From a virus: DNA of 64,000 nucleotides. A program made the position numbers and the translations under genes. The stretch spans positions 1-64,000 of IMG/VR virus record IMGVR_UViG_3300028388_003025, one strand, 5' to 3'. The notes under the pieces are model-generated. The model saw nothing but the letters and a program-made list of their open reading frames with translations. It was not told the DNA's origin and ran no database searches. How positions within the stretch are numbered: position 1 is the first letter of the stretch; each line of letters starts with the position of its first letter. Shown here in pieces: positions 9,409-18,199 of the stretch.

Positions 9409-9524
9409 AACAAACTCCTTATAATTCGCGAAGCGCCCTTAACTACCGTCGCAATAAGAATAGCCAAATCATAACCAATAAACCGCCTAGTCCATGACTC
9501 TGCCTGGACAATGCTAAGAGCAAT

Positions 9525-9563
9525 AAAAAAGGGTGTATAGCATTGCTAATTGGCCATACACCC
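9525..9563 (-). terminator. Intrinsic terminator
   Basis: Minus strand GGGTGTATGGC-N11-GCTATACACCC-TTTTTT. Confidence 0.8.
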
Positions 9564-9634
9564 TAATCGTCAAGCGCTAAGGGGGCTTGAACTGCCACGC
9601 CCTGTTAATCTCAAACTAGTCGGAGCAAATTAAA

Positions 9635-9955
9635 CTAAAGTACTGTGTCAGCCTCTTTAGCTTCTGCTTCTTCTTCCTTCTTAGGAAGGAAGATAGATAC
9701 TTCGCCAGTGTCTTTAACGAATACAGATACGTTTCCAACAAACCAACCGTTATCTTTCTTTGTTCTGAATAAAGGGAATTGATTCTGTCCTTCTTTATTC
9801 AAAACTGCAACATATTCGTTGCCAGATTTCGACGTTCTCTTAATTAACTCGTAGTTAATTTCTAGATTACCAAGCTTTTCTCCTTGGGTTTCTTTATTTA
9901 CTACCTTATCAGTAGTAAATTTCATTACGTTCGCGTTCTCTTTTGCTCTATCCAT
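9635..9955 (-). CDS. Hypothetical protein (beta-rich with acidic tail; possibly ssDNA-binding)
   Basis: GGGAG RBS; acidic C-terminus; function is a guess. Confidence 0.7.
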   Translation of the reverse strand: MDRAKENANVMKFTTDKVVNKETQGEKLGNLEINYELIKRTSKSGNEYVAVLNKEGQNQFPLFRTKKDNGWFVGNVSVFVKDTGEVSIFLPKKEEEAEAKEADTVL

Positions 9956-9965
9956 GGGTTTCTCC

Positions 9966-10121
9966 CTATTTGTTCATAAATGATTGAATAGCTCTCGCCT
10001 CTGCTTCTAATAGAGTTGCTAAATTACAGGTCTCATACTCTCCTGTCTCATGGTTTCTATAAGAAGTTTCGCAAATGAATAAGTTTTTAACACTGTTGTT
10101 AACTTTTGTTACCTTTATCAT
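9966..10121 (-). CDS. Small hypothetical protein (51 aa)
   Basis: Manual translation MIKVTKVNNSVKNLFICE...; AAGGA RBS. Confidence 0.55.
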   Translation of the reverse strand: MIKVTKVNNSVKNLFICETSYRNHETGEYETCNLATLLEAEARAIQSFMNK

Positions 10122-10195
10122 GTCAAGTCCTTTCTATGCGAGCGAAGCGAGCTGCGATTTAAAAAATTCAACTCACTCCACTCTGAGTTAGACAC

Positions 10196-11308
10196 CTACT
10201 TGGTAAGTGCTACGGCTGACTCAAGAACCTCTACGTAGTTGTTCTTATTGATTGCCGTTACTTTAATGTCTTCAACAAAGTGACTGACTCCTTCGGACTC
10301 TAACCACTCACATTGCTTGTTAAAATCCTTAATCTTGTTGGCTTTTCTTATTAAATTCACTGCATTCTTTACAGTCTTGAACATATCATCTACTAAGCCA
10401 ACGGATAGTGATGCTATATTGCCAACAGTTAGTAAGTCTTCCTCTCTCTCGCCACTAGAATTCTCTGTAGCGATGAGCAAGTCTGTTAGATTGAATTCCT
10501 CTCCTTCTGAGTCGTTGAAATTGATTAATGGTCTATCAAAATCAACAGGAACTCCTGCAAATTCTAGAATAGTTGCGCAAAACGCTGACTCTTCTGCATT
10601 TAATTTACTTCCTGACTTGATTGCATACTTATCTTTCTTCAGATAGAGCTTTGACTTCAGTGTAGGAATGTCAGGGATGATATTAGCCTGCTCGGCTAGC
10701 CTGTATCCCTCTTTTACTAAATATAATGTAGTAAGCTGTGCTATTTTTCTCTCGCCAGCTACTATATTGTATGAAGTCTCTTCGTTAAGCTTGTGAGATG
10801 CTCCATTGCCTAAGTCTATAAGACCTAAAGCTTCTTGTGTATCATATTGACCACTGATGAAGTCGTGTTCTCTGAAGGAACCATCTGATAAGCTATCAGT
10901 GTGTTCATATTCTTTGATTTTACGACCTTCACTTAAGGATGAACCATATTTCTTGTTGGCACGAGAAGGTGCCACTCGATTCATTGTCTTTCCATGAGGT
11001 AAGATGCATTTAGCCTTAGAACTATAATAGAATATGTCTTTAAGTCCATCTAATAGCTTGGTAACACCAACTTTAGCTTCTCCTTTACGCATTATTCTAT
11101 ATCGAAGCTCTTTAGACGCTTCAATCTCACGTTCTCTGGCTAAGCCAGATGTTTCTAGGATTGTAACAACACGTTCTATGTCGTTAGCATCCCTAATTCC
11201 GAAATCAGGTCTTATACTATACGTACGACCCAGCTCGCATATTCCTTCGAATATCTCAAGATATCCTTCATACATAGCCTTGATGTTCTCTATTCTATTA
11301 CTTTCCAT
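10196..11308 (-). CDS. Hypothetical protein, 370 aa
   Basis: Long ORF; AAGGAG RBS. Confidence 0.85.
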   Translation of the reverse strand: MESNRIENIKAMYEGYLEIFEGICELGRTYSIRPDFGIRDANDIERVVTILETSGLAREREIEASKELRYRIMRKGEAKVGVTKLLDGLKDIFYYSSKAKCILPHGKTMNRVAPSRANKKYGSSLSEGRKIKEYEHTDSLSDGSFREHDFISGQYDTQEALGLIDLGNGASHKLNEETSYNIVAGERKIAQLTTLYLVKEGYRLAEQANIIPDIPTLKSKLYLKKDKYAIKSGSKLNAEESAFCATILEFAGVPVDFDRPLINFNDSEGEEFNLTDLLIATENSSGEREEDLLTVGNIASLSVGLVDDMFKTVKNAVNLIRKANKIKDFNKQCEWLESEGVSHFVEDIKVTAINKNNYVEVLESAVALTK

Positions 11309-11403
11309 TTGTCTAACTCCTTATGTTTTATTTACATAACCCATATTTACATGCGGGCTTGTCGCCCTCTTTTCGTTAAGTGCGAGGCGAAGCCGAGCCT
11401 TCT

Positions 11404-11505
11404 CTATGACTCAGTCAACGCATCGTAACAATCTGCTATGTCTACATAGCTATTCTCGATAGACAATTCTTCGTACTTATCTATCAACTTCTCTGTAAGT
11501 GTCAT
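11404..11505 (-). CDS. Small hypothetical protein (33 aa)
   Basis: AAGGAGGTG RBS then ATG ACA CTT... Confidence 0.5.
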   Translation of the reverse strand: MTLTEKLIDKYEELSIENSYVDIADCYDALTES

Positions 11506-11536
11506 GATTGCTCACCTCCTTTCTTTTCGCTCGCTT

Positions 11537-11691
11537 ATCAACATCACTGCTCAGCAACTGCACGGACAAGTCAAGGCCGAGTCGATGCTCTGCAGCGACG
11601 AGCTCTGTATAGCCTTGACCCGTGCTACAATTAAGCGGTGATGATGATGAGATATATCCTAGTAATCACCACTAACTAGTGTGGTGATTAC
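11537..11691. other. Long imperfect hairpin plus adjacent perfect 11-bp hairpin
   Basis: CATCACTGC/GCGGTGATG, GCACGG/CCGTGC, GTCAAGGC/GCCTTGAC nested stems; GTAATCACCAC/GTGGTGATTAC at 11662-11691. Confidence 0.8.
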
Positions 11692-11712
11692 GCCGTGAGT
11701 GTTCGAGAATGT

Positions 11713-11836
11713 AATGCAATGACTCTTGTATGACTACTCCAAGACTCTGCCTGGACTGACTTTAATGCAATGCAATGACTAGCTTTAATGCAATGCAATG
11801 ACTCTTGTATGACTACTCCAAGACTCTGCCTGGACT
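11713..11836. repeat. 45-bp perfect direct repeat (11713-11757, 11792-11836) with an interleaved 21-bp repeat
   Basis: AATGCAATGACTCTTGTATGACTACTCCAAGACTCTGCCTGGACT x2; CTTTAATGCAATGCAATGACT x2. Confidence 0.95.
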
Positions 11837-11991
11837 CTGCGAGGACTGAAGGCGTAAGCCTGAAGTCCGAGCGTTGTTTAAAATTGAACACCGGCAAGTA
11901 TAGGTTAACACTGAACATGAATTATTATGCATAGCCGATCGTCTCTCAAAAAGTTTCTGAGAGCGCATAACCACTATATACTTGCATGTAG

Positions 11992-12320
11992 TTATCTATA
12001 CGTATGGATAGATAAGTAATAAAATAAAATAAAAGATCAGATATTGGGTTTTTTCAGGTTTTTGATGTTGTTAATGCATAATTATTCAAGAGAATAATTG
12101 GCCTAGATTCCTGTAAATCTGATCACTGACATGAATAAATTATTCATTCGTGAAAAATAGCATTTTTTGTGGTCGATTGTTGCATATGGTCTACTGTTCA
12201 ATACTGCACAGCGGAGTCTAGTTATCCACAAAAAAATTAAATCGATATGCCAAGAAAACAATTATCTATCCACGCGTGTAAATAATTTTTCCTGATTTAT
12301 CCATACGCGTGACTGGATAA
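11992..12320. promoter_or_regulatory. Cluster of DnaA-box-like 9-mers (candidate origin)
   Basis: Perfect TTATCCACA at 12222-12230; variants at 11992, 12003(-), 12266, 12297, 12312(-). Confidence 0.5.
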
Positions 12321-12571
12321 ATTGGGGATTTCCACTGCACGTTTTATCAGTGGTTGGTAATATTCAAATAAATATGCCAAGGTTAATCTATACTGTACAG
12401 CATAAGTCAATGCGAATGCATAGAATATTCATTTAAAGTGCACTGAACATTGGGAAAGTTTGTAAACATTCTTGGCATTTAAATTGCATTTATTTATTGT
12501 AGATGCAAGGGGGAGTCTAGGCGGAGTCGAAGCATGTGCACTGAGGGGGTGCTGGGCATATGCAGGGACTT

Positions 12572-12661
12572 GGCAGTGGCAAGGCGGCGCAGCTGCCGAG
12601 CCCTGCCTCGCATACGCCGTGACTCAGGCAGTGCCAAGGCGGCGCAGCTGCCGAGGCCTGC
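12572..12661 (+). repeat. Duplicated GC-rich hairpin with compensatory change
   Basis: GCAGTGGCAAGGCGGCGCAGCTGCCGAGCCCTGC and GCAGTGCCAAGGCGGCGCAGCTGCCGAGGCCTGC. Confidence 0.9.
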
Positions 12662-12745
12662 AGACAAACACCAAAGAGCTTACGCCGTGACATTCCATGA
12701 GCAGAGCCCTAGAAAGTTCCAGGACTCTGCCGAGCAATGCCTGGC

Positions 12746-12964
12746 CTAGTCTTGCGACTCGCCAGTGCTGATGAAGTCAAGCTTCTGCTGGTCTGCTATG
12801 AATGACATTGCTGCCTGCTGCTTTGGTCTGCGCCCTTTGTTTGTAAAGATGGCGCTTAGTGCTGCAGGAGTGATGCCTAGTTCATTAGCTGTCCTATAGA
12901 AGTAATCCTTGTACTTCTTTTTGTTTGCTTCCAATAGCTTGTAAGCTTTTACTTTAAGTGACAT
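12746..12964 (-). CDS. Small putative HTH DNA-binding protein
   Basis: RTANELGITPAALSAIF HTH-like segment; AGGAGGTG RBS before ATG 12964. Confidence 0.65.
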   Translation of the reverse strand: MSLKVKAYKLLEANKKKYKDYFYRTANELGITPAALSAIFTNKGRRPKQQAAMSFIADQQKLDFISTGESQD

Positions 12965-12997
12965 AGTGTTCACCTCCTTTCTTTGCTGAGTCTTGGC

Positions 12998-13159
12998 CTA
13001 ATCTTCCCACTCGAGGTTCATGCCTTTGATTTGGCATTGAGTGTTTGGATCTGGCTTACGTACATGCTTCTTTGTAGTCTTGAAGTAGACTGTGTTGCCT
13101 TCGCGTTGCACTTCCACAATTACGTTGTCATCCTGAGATACATATGTAATATTTCCCAC
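12998..13159 (-). CDS. Small hypothetical protein (53 aa)
   Basis: AGGAGGTG RBS, GTG start, manual translation. Confidence 0.55.
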   Translation of the reverse strand: MGNITYVSQDDNVIVEVQREGNTVYFKTTKKHVRKPDPNTQCQIKGMNLEWED

Positions 13160-13504
13160 GTTAATCACCTCCTTTCTTATTTAGTATTAGTTAACGCATT
13201 TCCTCTCTTTATTTACTCATCACTTTGCTAGCCAATGGATCGGATCGGCGGTCTTGTATGAGTTCTGAACAGGCAATATCATCTAGTGCATCAGCGAAAC
13301 AAATTTATCCGGTTCTACAAAGGGTCTAATCTTACGCTCTTTAATCCGACGTTCAGACGGCACTAGGCCTATTTTGAAATCATGTGCGTGTGTGTTGTGT
13401 TAGTAGGTTGGTGGTTGGTGTGTTGTATTAGTATATGGTTTAGTTATATATAGTTTTAGTATATATAGTTTAGTAATATATATTTATATATATAGTTATA
13501 TATA

Positions 13505-13560
13505 TAGTTAGTAGTTAGTAGTTAGTAGTTAGTAGTTAGTAGTTAGTAGTTAGTAGTAAG
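13505..13560. repeat. (TAGTTAG)7 tandem repeat inside a C-free tract
   Basis: 7 perfect copies 13505-13553 plus degenerate TAGTAAG. Confidence 0.95.
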
Positions 13561-13724
13561 AGATGAGAGGAGAGTTTATATATAGTTAGTTTTTAGAACT
13601 TAGTATATATATTTTTTTTATATATTTTAGTATATACTTAGAGGGGGGTTAGTATATAGTATAATATATAAGGACTTAGATAGAGTATAAATTAAATTAA
13701 TTTTTAAATTAAAATAATAAATAC

Positions 13725-13938
<214 letters not shown>

Positions 13939-14151
13939 GTGGTTTCACCACCTTTCTTTTTAAGAGTATATAATATGATGACATGTCTACGACCCCCCGT
14001 CAGGCCGGTACACATATAATACATATATAAGTACATATACCTGTAAAAATACTTTTTGACCCTACTTTTTACAACTATGGAAATTTTCCACTGGCGTTGA
14101 CGGTGAGTTATTGCGGGTGTATCATTTTCTTGGAAGACAGGAGCGCCCAAT

Positions 14152-15366
14152 ATGAATATAATAACAAAGACAAGCGAAACAGAGCTAGCAGGTTTCTCAA
14201 TGGTGTATTACGGATCAGCGCTTAATGAGCATGCACCATGCCAGGGCATGGCTACAGGCACACGCGGTCTGGCACATCTATTCGAACACATGGGCGTCAA
14301 CCAGTATAAACATTTGTTTGCAGAGATGGAATCTCGCGGCATATACTTCAATGCATCTACATATGATTATAAGATAGTCTTCTATATTCACGGCCTTGTT
14401 GATGACATATTGGAAATTGCACCACAAATCTGTAAACTTATTCTGTCTCCACTATCTGCAGACAAGGGACGCTTCGAGGCAGAGCGCTCTGTAGTTATCC
14501 AGGAATATAAAGATAAGTTTATTAATCCGCGTACAGCAAACATAAACAACTTCGAGCGAAAGTTTCTAAAATATTATGGAGCAATAGGTGCTCTTGAAGA
14601 TTTGCAAAATTTCCCGTACGAGGATGCAGCTGGGCATTATGAGCATCTATTCCATTCTCCTGACGAAATCATAATCGTCGCACCACCAGGAATACATGAG
14701 TCTACATACTCTGACCAAATCATTGAATCAATCGCCCCATTCCTTGGGGATGTATCTGTTGGACCCGAGTTTATGACAACTGACCAGAGATATGACAAGA
14801 TGCTTACGCCAACTTATAACCCGAAAGGATATGCGAGCGAGCCGCTGGAATCTTCTCATTCCCTAGATAAAACTCCAATAATATACTCTTGGCCATTGAT
14901 ACCTGCAGAAGATGCACCAGCTGTTGTGTTTCTTGCAGAGTTGTTTGGTGGATCACTAGAATCACCAATATATAAAGAGGTTCGAGAAAAACGCGGCTTG
15001 GCTTATTTCTGTGCCGCTTACGTAAACCCATATGGATCAAAGGCAATGTTCATGATCGATACCATGACATCGCCTGATAATCATGAAGAGATGAATATCG
15101 CAATCCGTGAAGCTTTCGATAATGCTGAACAGAAGATCTATGACCGCTTTGATCAAACAATTAACTATGTAAAAAAATGTCGCCGAAAGCAAGAGATTAA
15201 CTCATATGAATCCCTAATGACATCAACTCCAATGTATAGCGCATATGAAGCCGTAGAGGCAGGGATAGACAGAGAGACTGCAGTCTATATCTTTATGAAG
15301 TATATGCACCCGTCATTAGCCATGGTTACGCATAATAGTGTAAGTCAGGGATATCTTTCCACTTGA
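14152..15366 (+). CDS. M16 family (insulinase-like) zinc peptidase
   Basis: GLAHLFEH (HxxEH), FNAST, ERSVVIQE, EVREKRGLAY. Confidence 0.9.
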   Translation: MNIITKTSETELAGFSMVYYGSALNEHAPCQGMATGTRGLAHLFEHMGVNQYKHLFAEMESRGIYFNASTYDYKIVFYIHGLVDDILEIAPQICKLILSPLSADKGRFEAERSVVIQEYKDKFINPRTANINNFERKFLKYYGAIGALEDLQNFPYEDAAGHYEHLFHSPDEIIIVAPPGIHESTYSDQIIESIAPFLGDVSVGPEFMTTDQRYDKMLTPTYNPKGYASEPLESSHSLDKTPIIYSWPLIPAEDAPAVVFLAELFGGSLESPIYKEVREKRGLAYFCAAYVNPYGSKAMFMIDTMTSPDNHEEMNIAIREAFDNAEQKIYDRFDQTINYVKKCRRKQEINSYESLMTSTPMYSAYEAVEAGIDRETAVYIFMKYMHPSLAMVTHNSVSQGYLST

Positions 15367-15398
15367 ATTCAAAAACTCGTACATGCTAGAATGCACAC

Positions 15399-15938
15399 AT
15401 GTTAAACCCTTGGTTAATAGCACCATTAATTCTCGGCTACGGCACGGCGGCTGCATGGCTGCTGCGACTTTTTAAACCGACAACTAAACTGAATCACCTC
15501 GGCAATCTTTCAACAGGATTTTCTGTAGCATTTGGCGAGGAGCTAATCTTTAGATATGGAATCATGCATTTATTTCTAATAAACTATATTGGCCTTGATC
15601 CAAACATTGCATTGATAACTAGCGCGTCAATCTTCAGCATACTCCACTTTCTTGCAGGCATGTACCGCAATGGTATTGAATATGATACGGACATAGAATT
15701 TATCATGATAGCTATAGGATTGTTTCTATTAGGCTGTGTGACCGGTAAGTACTTCTTAACATCAGGCAATATAATAAATGGAATGATATTTCACGCAATG
15801 GCTATCTTTGCTGTACAAACGTTGACTGGCATCATGAACAATGAGGGTGCGGCTAACAAATGGATAATTGACAATGGTCATCAATTCATTCGCCTTCCAT
15901 ACGCTTGGGCGATAATGATTCTTTTCCTAATCAAGTAA
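15399..15938 (+). CDS. CPBP (CAAX protease/Abi family) intramembrane metalloprotease
   Basis: EELIFR, FSILH, FHA motifs with several TM helices. Confidence 0.85.
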   Translation: MLNPWLIAPLILGYGTAAAWLLRLFKPTTKLNHLGNLSTGFSVAFGEELIFRYGIMHLFLINYIGLDPNIALITSASIFSILHFLAGMYRNGIEYDTDIEFIMIAIGLFLLGCVTGKYFLTSGNIINGMIFHAMAIFAVQTLTGIMNNEGAANKWIIDNGHQFIRLPYAWAIMILFLIK

Positions 15939-16286
15939 ATGAGTATCAAAAAGATAACAAGAGAGTTATTAAAGGGCAAGAAGTGGCTACCAGTAACTTA
16001 CTCAACAATATATGGAATGTTAATACCAATTGCTAAGAAGCATGGCTACGCATTGGCATTGCATGGCTCTATGGTTCGAGACCTAGATCTTGTCGCAGTT
16101 CCTTGGACCGCGAAAGCAAGTAGTCATAGAAAGTTAATTGGATCAATAAAGAAAGCAATCGGATCGCCACAGACGATAAAGAATATATTAGACGATGTTG
16201 GCATCAAGCCACATGGCCGCAAGGCGTATACAATACTTAGTGGCGATAACACTTGGATTGACTTAAGCATCACATCCCTTATATAA
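15939..16286 (+). CDS. Small nucleotidyltransferase-fold-like phage protein
   Basis: ALHGSMVRDLDLVAVPW (GS...DxD) and later IDLS. Confidence 0.6.
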   Translation: MSIKKITRELLKGKKWLPVTYSTIYGMLIPIAKKHGYALALHGSMVRDLDLVAVPWTAKASSHRKLIGSIKKAIGSPQTIKNILDDVGIKPHGRKAYTILSGDNTWIDLSITSLI

Positions 16287-16303
16287 TATTCATGCTCGCA
16301 AGC

Positions 16304-16330
16304 ACGAACGAACGAAACGAACGAAACGAA
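16304..16330 (+). repeat. Short ACGA(A) tandem repeat
   Basis: ACGAACGAACGAAACGAACGAAACGAA. Confidence 0.8.
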
Positions 16331-16347
16331 AGAAGGAAGTGATTTGA

Positions 16348-16770
16348 ATGAAGGATAAAACGTCTAAAGACGAGTTTGATTCCACGCTCAAGAAGGTAGC
16401 CAAGCAAACGTTTGATACCTCAGCAGTTTGGGAGATGCTCGCAGATCTCAAGTATTACGCAAAGGATATGTTAGAAGGCAAGGGCATGTCCTCGAAGAGT
16501 CCATTACTATTCAGTCTTAATGTCATAAAGCCATCCAGGCGAGAGCTTGACAAGATTCTCATAGATGAGAATGGTAATTATCGCGAAACAATACGCGGAG
16601 AGCAGATAGCCTCTGTGTATCATTACTTAGAGCACTCGGCAAGAGAATTCTCTAATTATGTACACAGCAAGGAAGAAGATGCAGAATATTTCTACACACA
16701 TGTAATGTCATTCATATGGAGAGCCATGAATCGAATTGATGAGAATGTAGTGTTCTGCGCCGCATGTTAA
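16348..16770 (+). CDS. Hypothetical protein
   Basis: ORF track; AAGGA RBS. Confidence 0.75.
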   Translation: MKDKTSKDEFDSTLKKVAKQTFDTSAVWEMLADLKYYAKDMLEGKGMSSKSPLLFSLNVIKPSRRELDKILIDENGNYRETIRGEQIASVYHYLEHSAREFSNYVHSKEEDAEYFYTHVMSFIWRAMNRIDENVVFCAAC

Positions 16771-16798
16771 TTAATTAGCCTGGTGTTTGCGAGCACCA

Positions 16799-16826
16799 TT
16801 GACAATTTAATTCATTAGTATATAAT
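16799..16826 (+). promoter_or_regulatory. Sigma70-type promoter
   Basis: TTGACA-N16-TATAAT. Confidence 0.75.
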
Positions 16827-16832
16827 ACATTC

Positions 16833-17135
16833 CGCAAAGTAAATGTTTGGTGGCCGAATAATGTGCTACGCAGGCATAAGGCACAGTTATTGATGGAGGT
16901 AACAATCCATTACCCAACGTCAAGTGATGAGGGAGAGGTAGCTGGTTCCCGCCCGTAGAAATCAACATGGACAGGACAGTCTTGCAAAATGATAACTACT
17001 GCGGAAGGGCGATAAGTTGAAAGACTAGGTTTAGGTGTTTGCTGGACTTGAGCAATTGTATTGTGGGAAGCCATGATACAGCCAGGCTTGAAAGGCGGCA
17101 TGTAGATATTTCTTTCCCTAACATTTACTTTGTTT
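16833..17135 (+). ncRNA. Candidate ~300-nt structured ncRNA, family unknown
   Basis: 13-bp closing stem 16835-16847/17120-17132, nested helices, begins just after a consensus promoter, no + strand ORF in track. Confidence 0.65.
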
Positions 17136-17211
17136 CTTAATATTCATGCTACTATATATAGAGTGATTAATAATGCTTGACTCTATGACTTCTTTTGCAT
17201 AAAATATTCAT

Positions 17212-17514
17212 ATGGTTAATCAAATAAATGAGACACCTCTACAACTAGTGTTAAGAACAGCAACTAACGCTATTGCAACTAAAGACAAGACCTTAATGCC
17301 GGAATGGGATGAGATCTTAGCAATTGAGTTAATGACTGCAGATAGCAGAATGGAAATGCCGATGGTCCTTGATTATGTTAACCGAGGCTTAATAGGCAGG
17401 TTCTTTAAAGCATTCTGTCCTACATTATTAGAATACGTATTAGAGAAGGCTGTTAGCATGTATGGCATGCAGCCGAAGGGAGAAGAGGATGCCAGTCCAG
17501 AAGAGAAAGAATAA
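17212..17514 (+). CDS. Hypothetical protein (leaderless)
   Basis: TTGACT-N17-TAAAAT-N6-ATG. Confidence 0.75.
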   Translation: MVNQINETPLQLVLRTATNAIATKDKTLMPEWDEILAIELMTADSRMEMPMVLDYVNRGLIGRFFKAFCPTLLEYVLEKAVSMYGMQPKGEEDASPEEKE

Positions 17515-18199
17515 ATCAGTCGGCGATGGAGTCCGCGCAGAGTCAAGGCGTCAGCTATTGAGCTTAGCGCTGCATCTTGCAGGGAAGCGATTCGGACCTG
17601 ACTTAAAGAGTTCATTAGCAGTTCACAAGTGTGGAATGAAATATTTTCTAGACAACGTTGCATTTCCATATGTAGTCTCTGCTTTATTGAAGGGAGACTT
17701 CCCTGACGACATGTTAAAGTATTTAGTTGATCCTGTAGACCCTAACACTGGAACGCATATTATTGACAAGGTTCAAGAAGATGCGCGTATAGTTAAGGTT
17801 GATTCTACTACTGGCGAGGTACAAGGTAGTGCAGAGCTAGACATGGCGATGGATACTGTCGAGACTGCAATGATAGATAGCGCATTAGAGTCTGACCTTA
17901 AAGATGTCACAGTTAATGACACTAAGCAAGATATTGATATGGTCGAGTCTGAAGAAGACTCTATTACTAAAATAGATGAGGATCTTTCAGAACAACTCGG
18001 ACCACTTCCCGAACTGGAAGAAAAAGGGCAGGGGCTCCCCCCAGCATCTGCCCCTCCTCTCAAAGCTGAGGAGTATATTGAGGATGATGAAGAGATTGAT
18101 AATGTATTAAACAATCTTGATGTGTCGGGGATACCTGAGACACCTGAAGAAGCAGTCACCTCTACTTACAGCGTAGAGGAATTAAAAGGATTTGTCTAA
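17489..18199 (+). CDS. Hypothetical protein with acidic C-terminal half
   Basis: ORF 17462..18199; probable start MPVQK. Confidence 0.75.
   Translation: MPVQKRKNKSVGDGVRAESRRQLLSLALHLAGKRFGPDLKSSLAVHKCGMKYFLDNVAFPYVVSALLKGDFPDDMLKYLVDPVDPNTGTHIIDKVQEDARIVKVDSTTGEVQGSAELDMAMDTVETAMIDSALESDLKDVTVNDTKQDIDMVESEEDSITKIDEDLSEQLGPLPELEEKGQGLPPASAPPLKAEEYIEDDEEIDNVLNNLDVSGIPETPEEAVTSTYSVEELKGFV

Noticed and set aside
11713-11836. Direct repeats as a mini CRISPR array
   Set aside because: Only two copies, the intervening DNA is itself repeat-derived, and no cas genes are present.
11688-12749. ORFs 11688..11918, 12472..12690 and 12534..12749
   Set aside because: They run through hairpin and repeat DNA and lack an RBS.
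13239-13366. Three short complementary segments in parallel (pseudoknot-like) order
   Set aside because: 6-7-bp matches over ~130 nt can arise by chance; no other support.
16833-17135. tmRNA, RNase P RNA, SRP RNA or tRNA
   Set aside because: No tRNA-like ends or T-loop, no GAGGAAAGUCC, and no SRP helix-8 motif seen.
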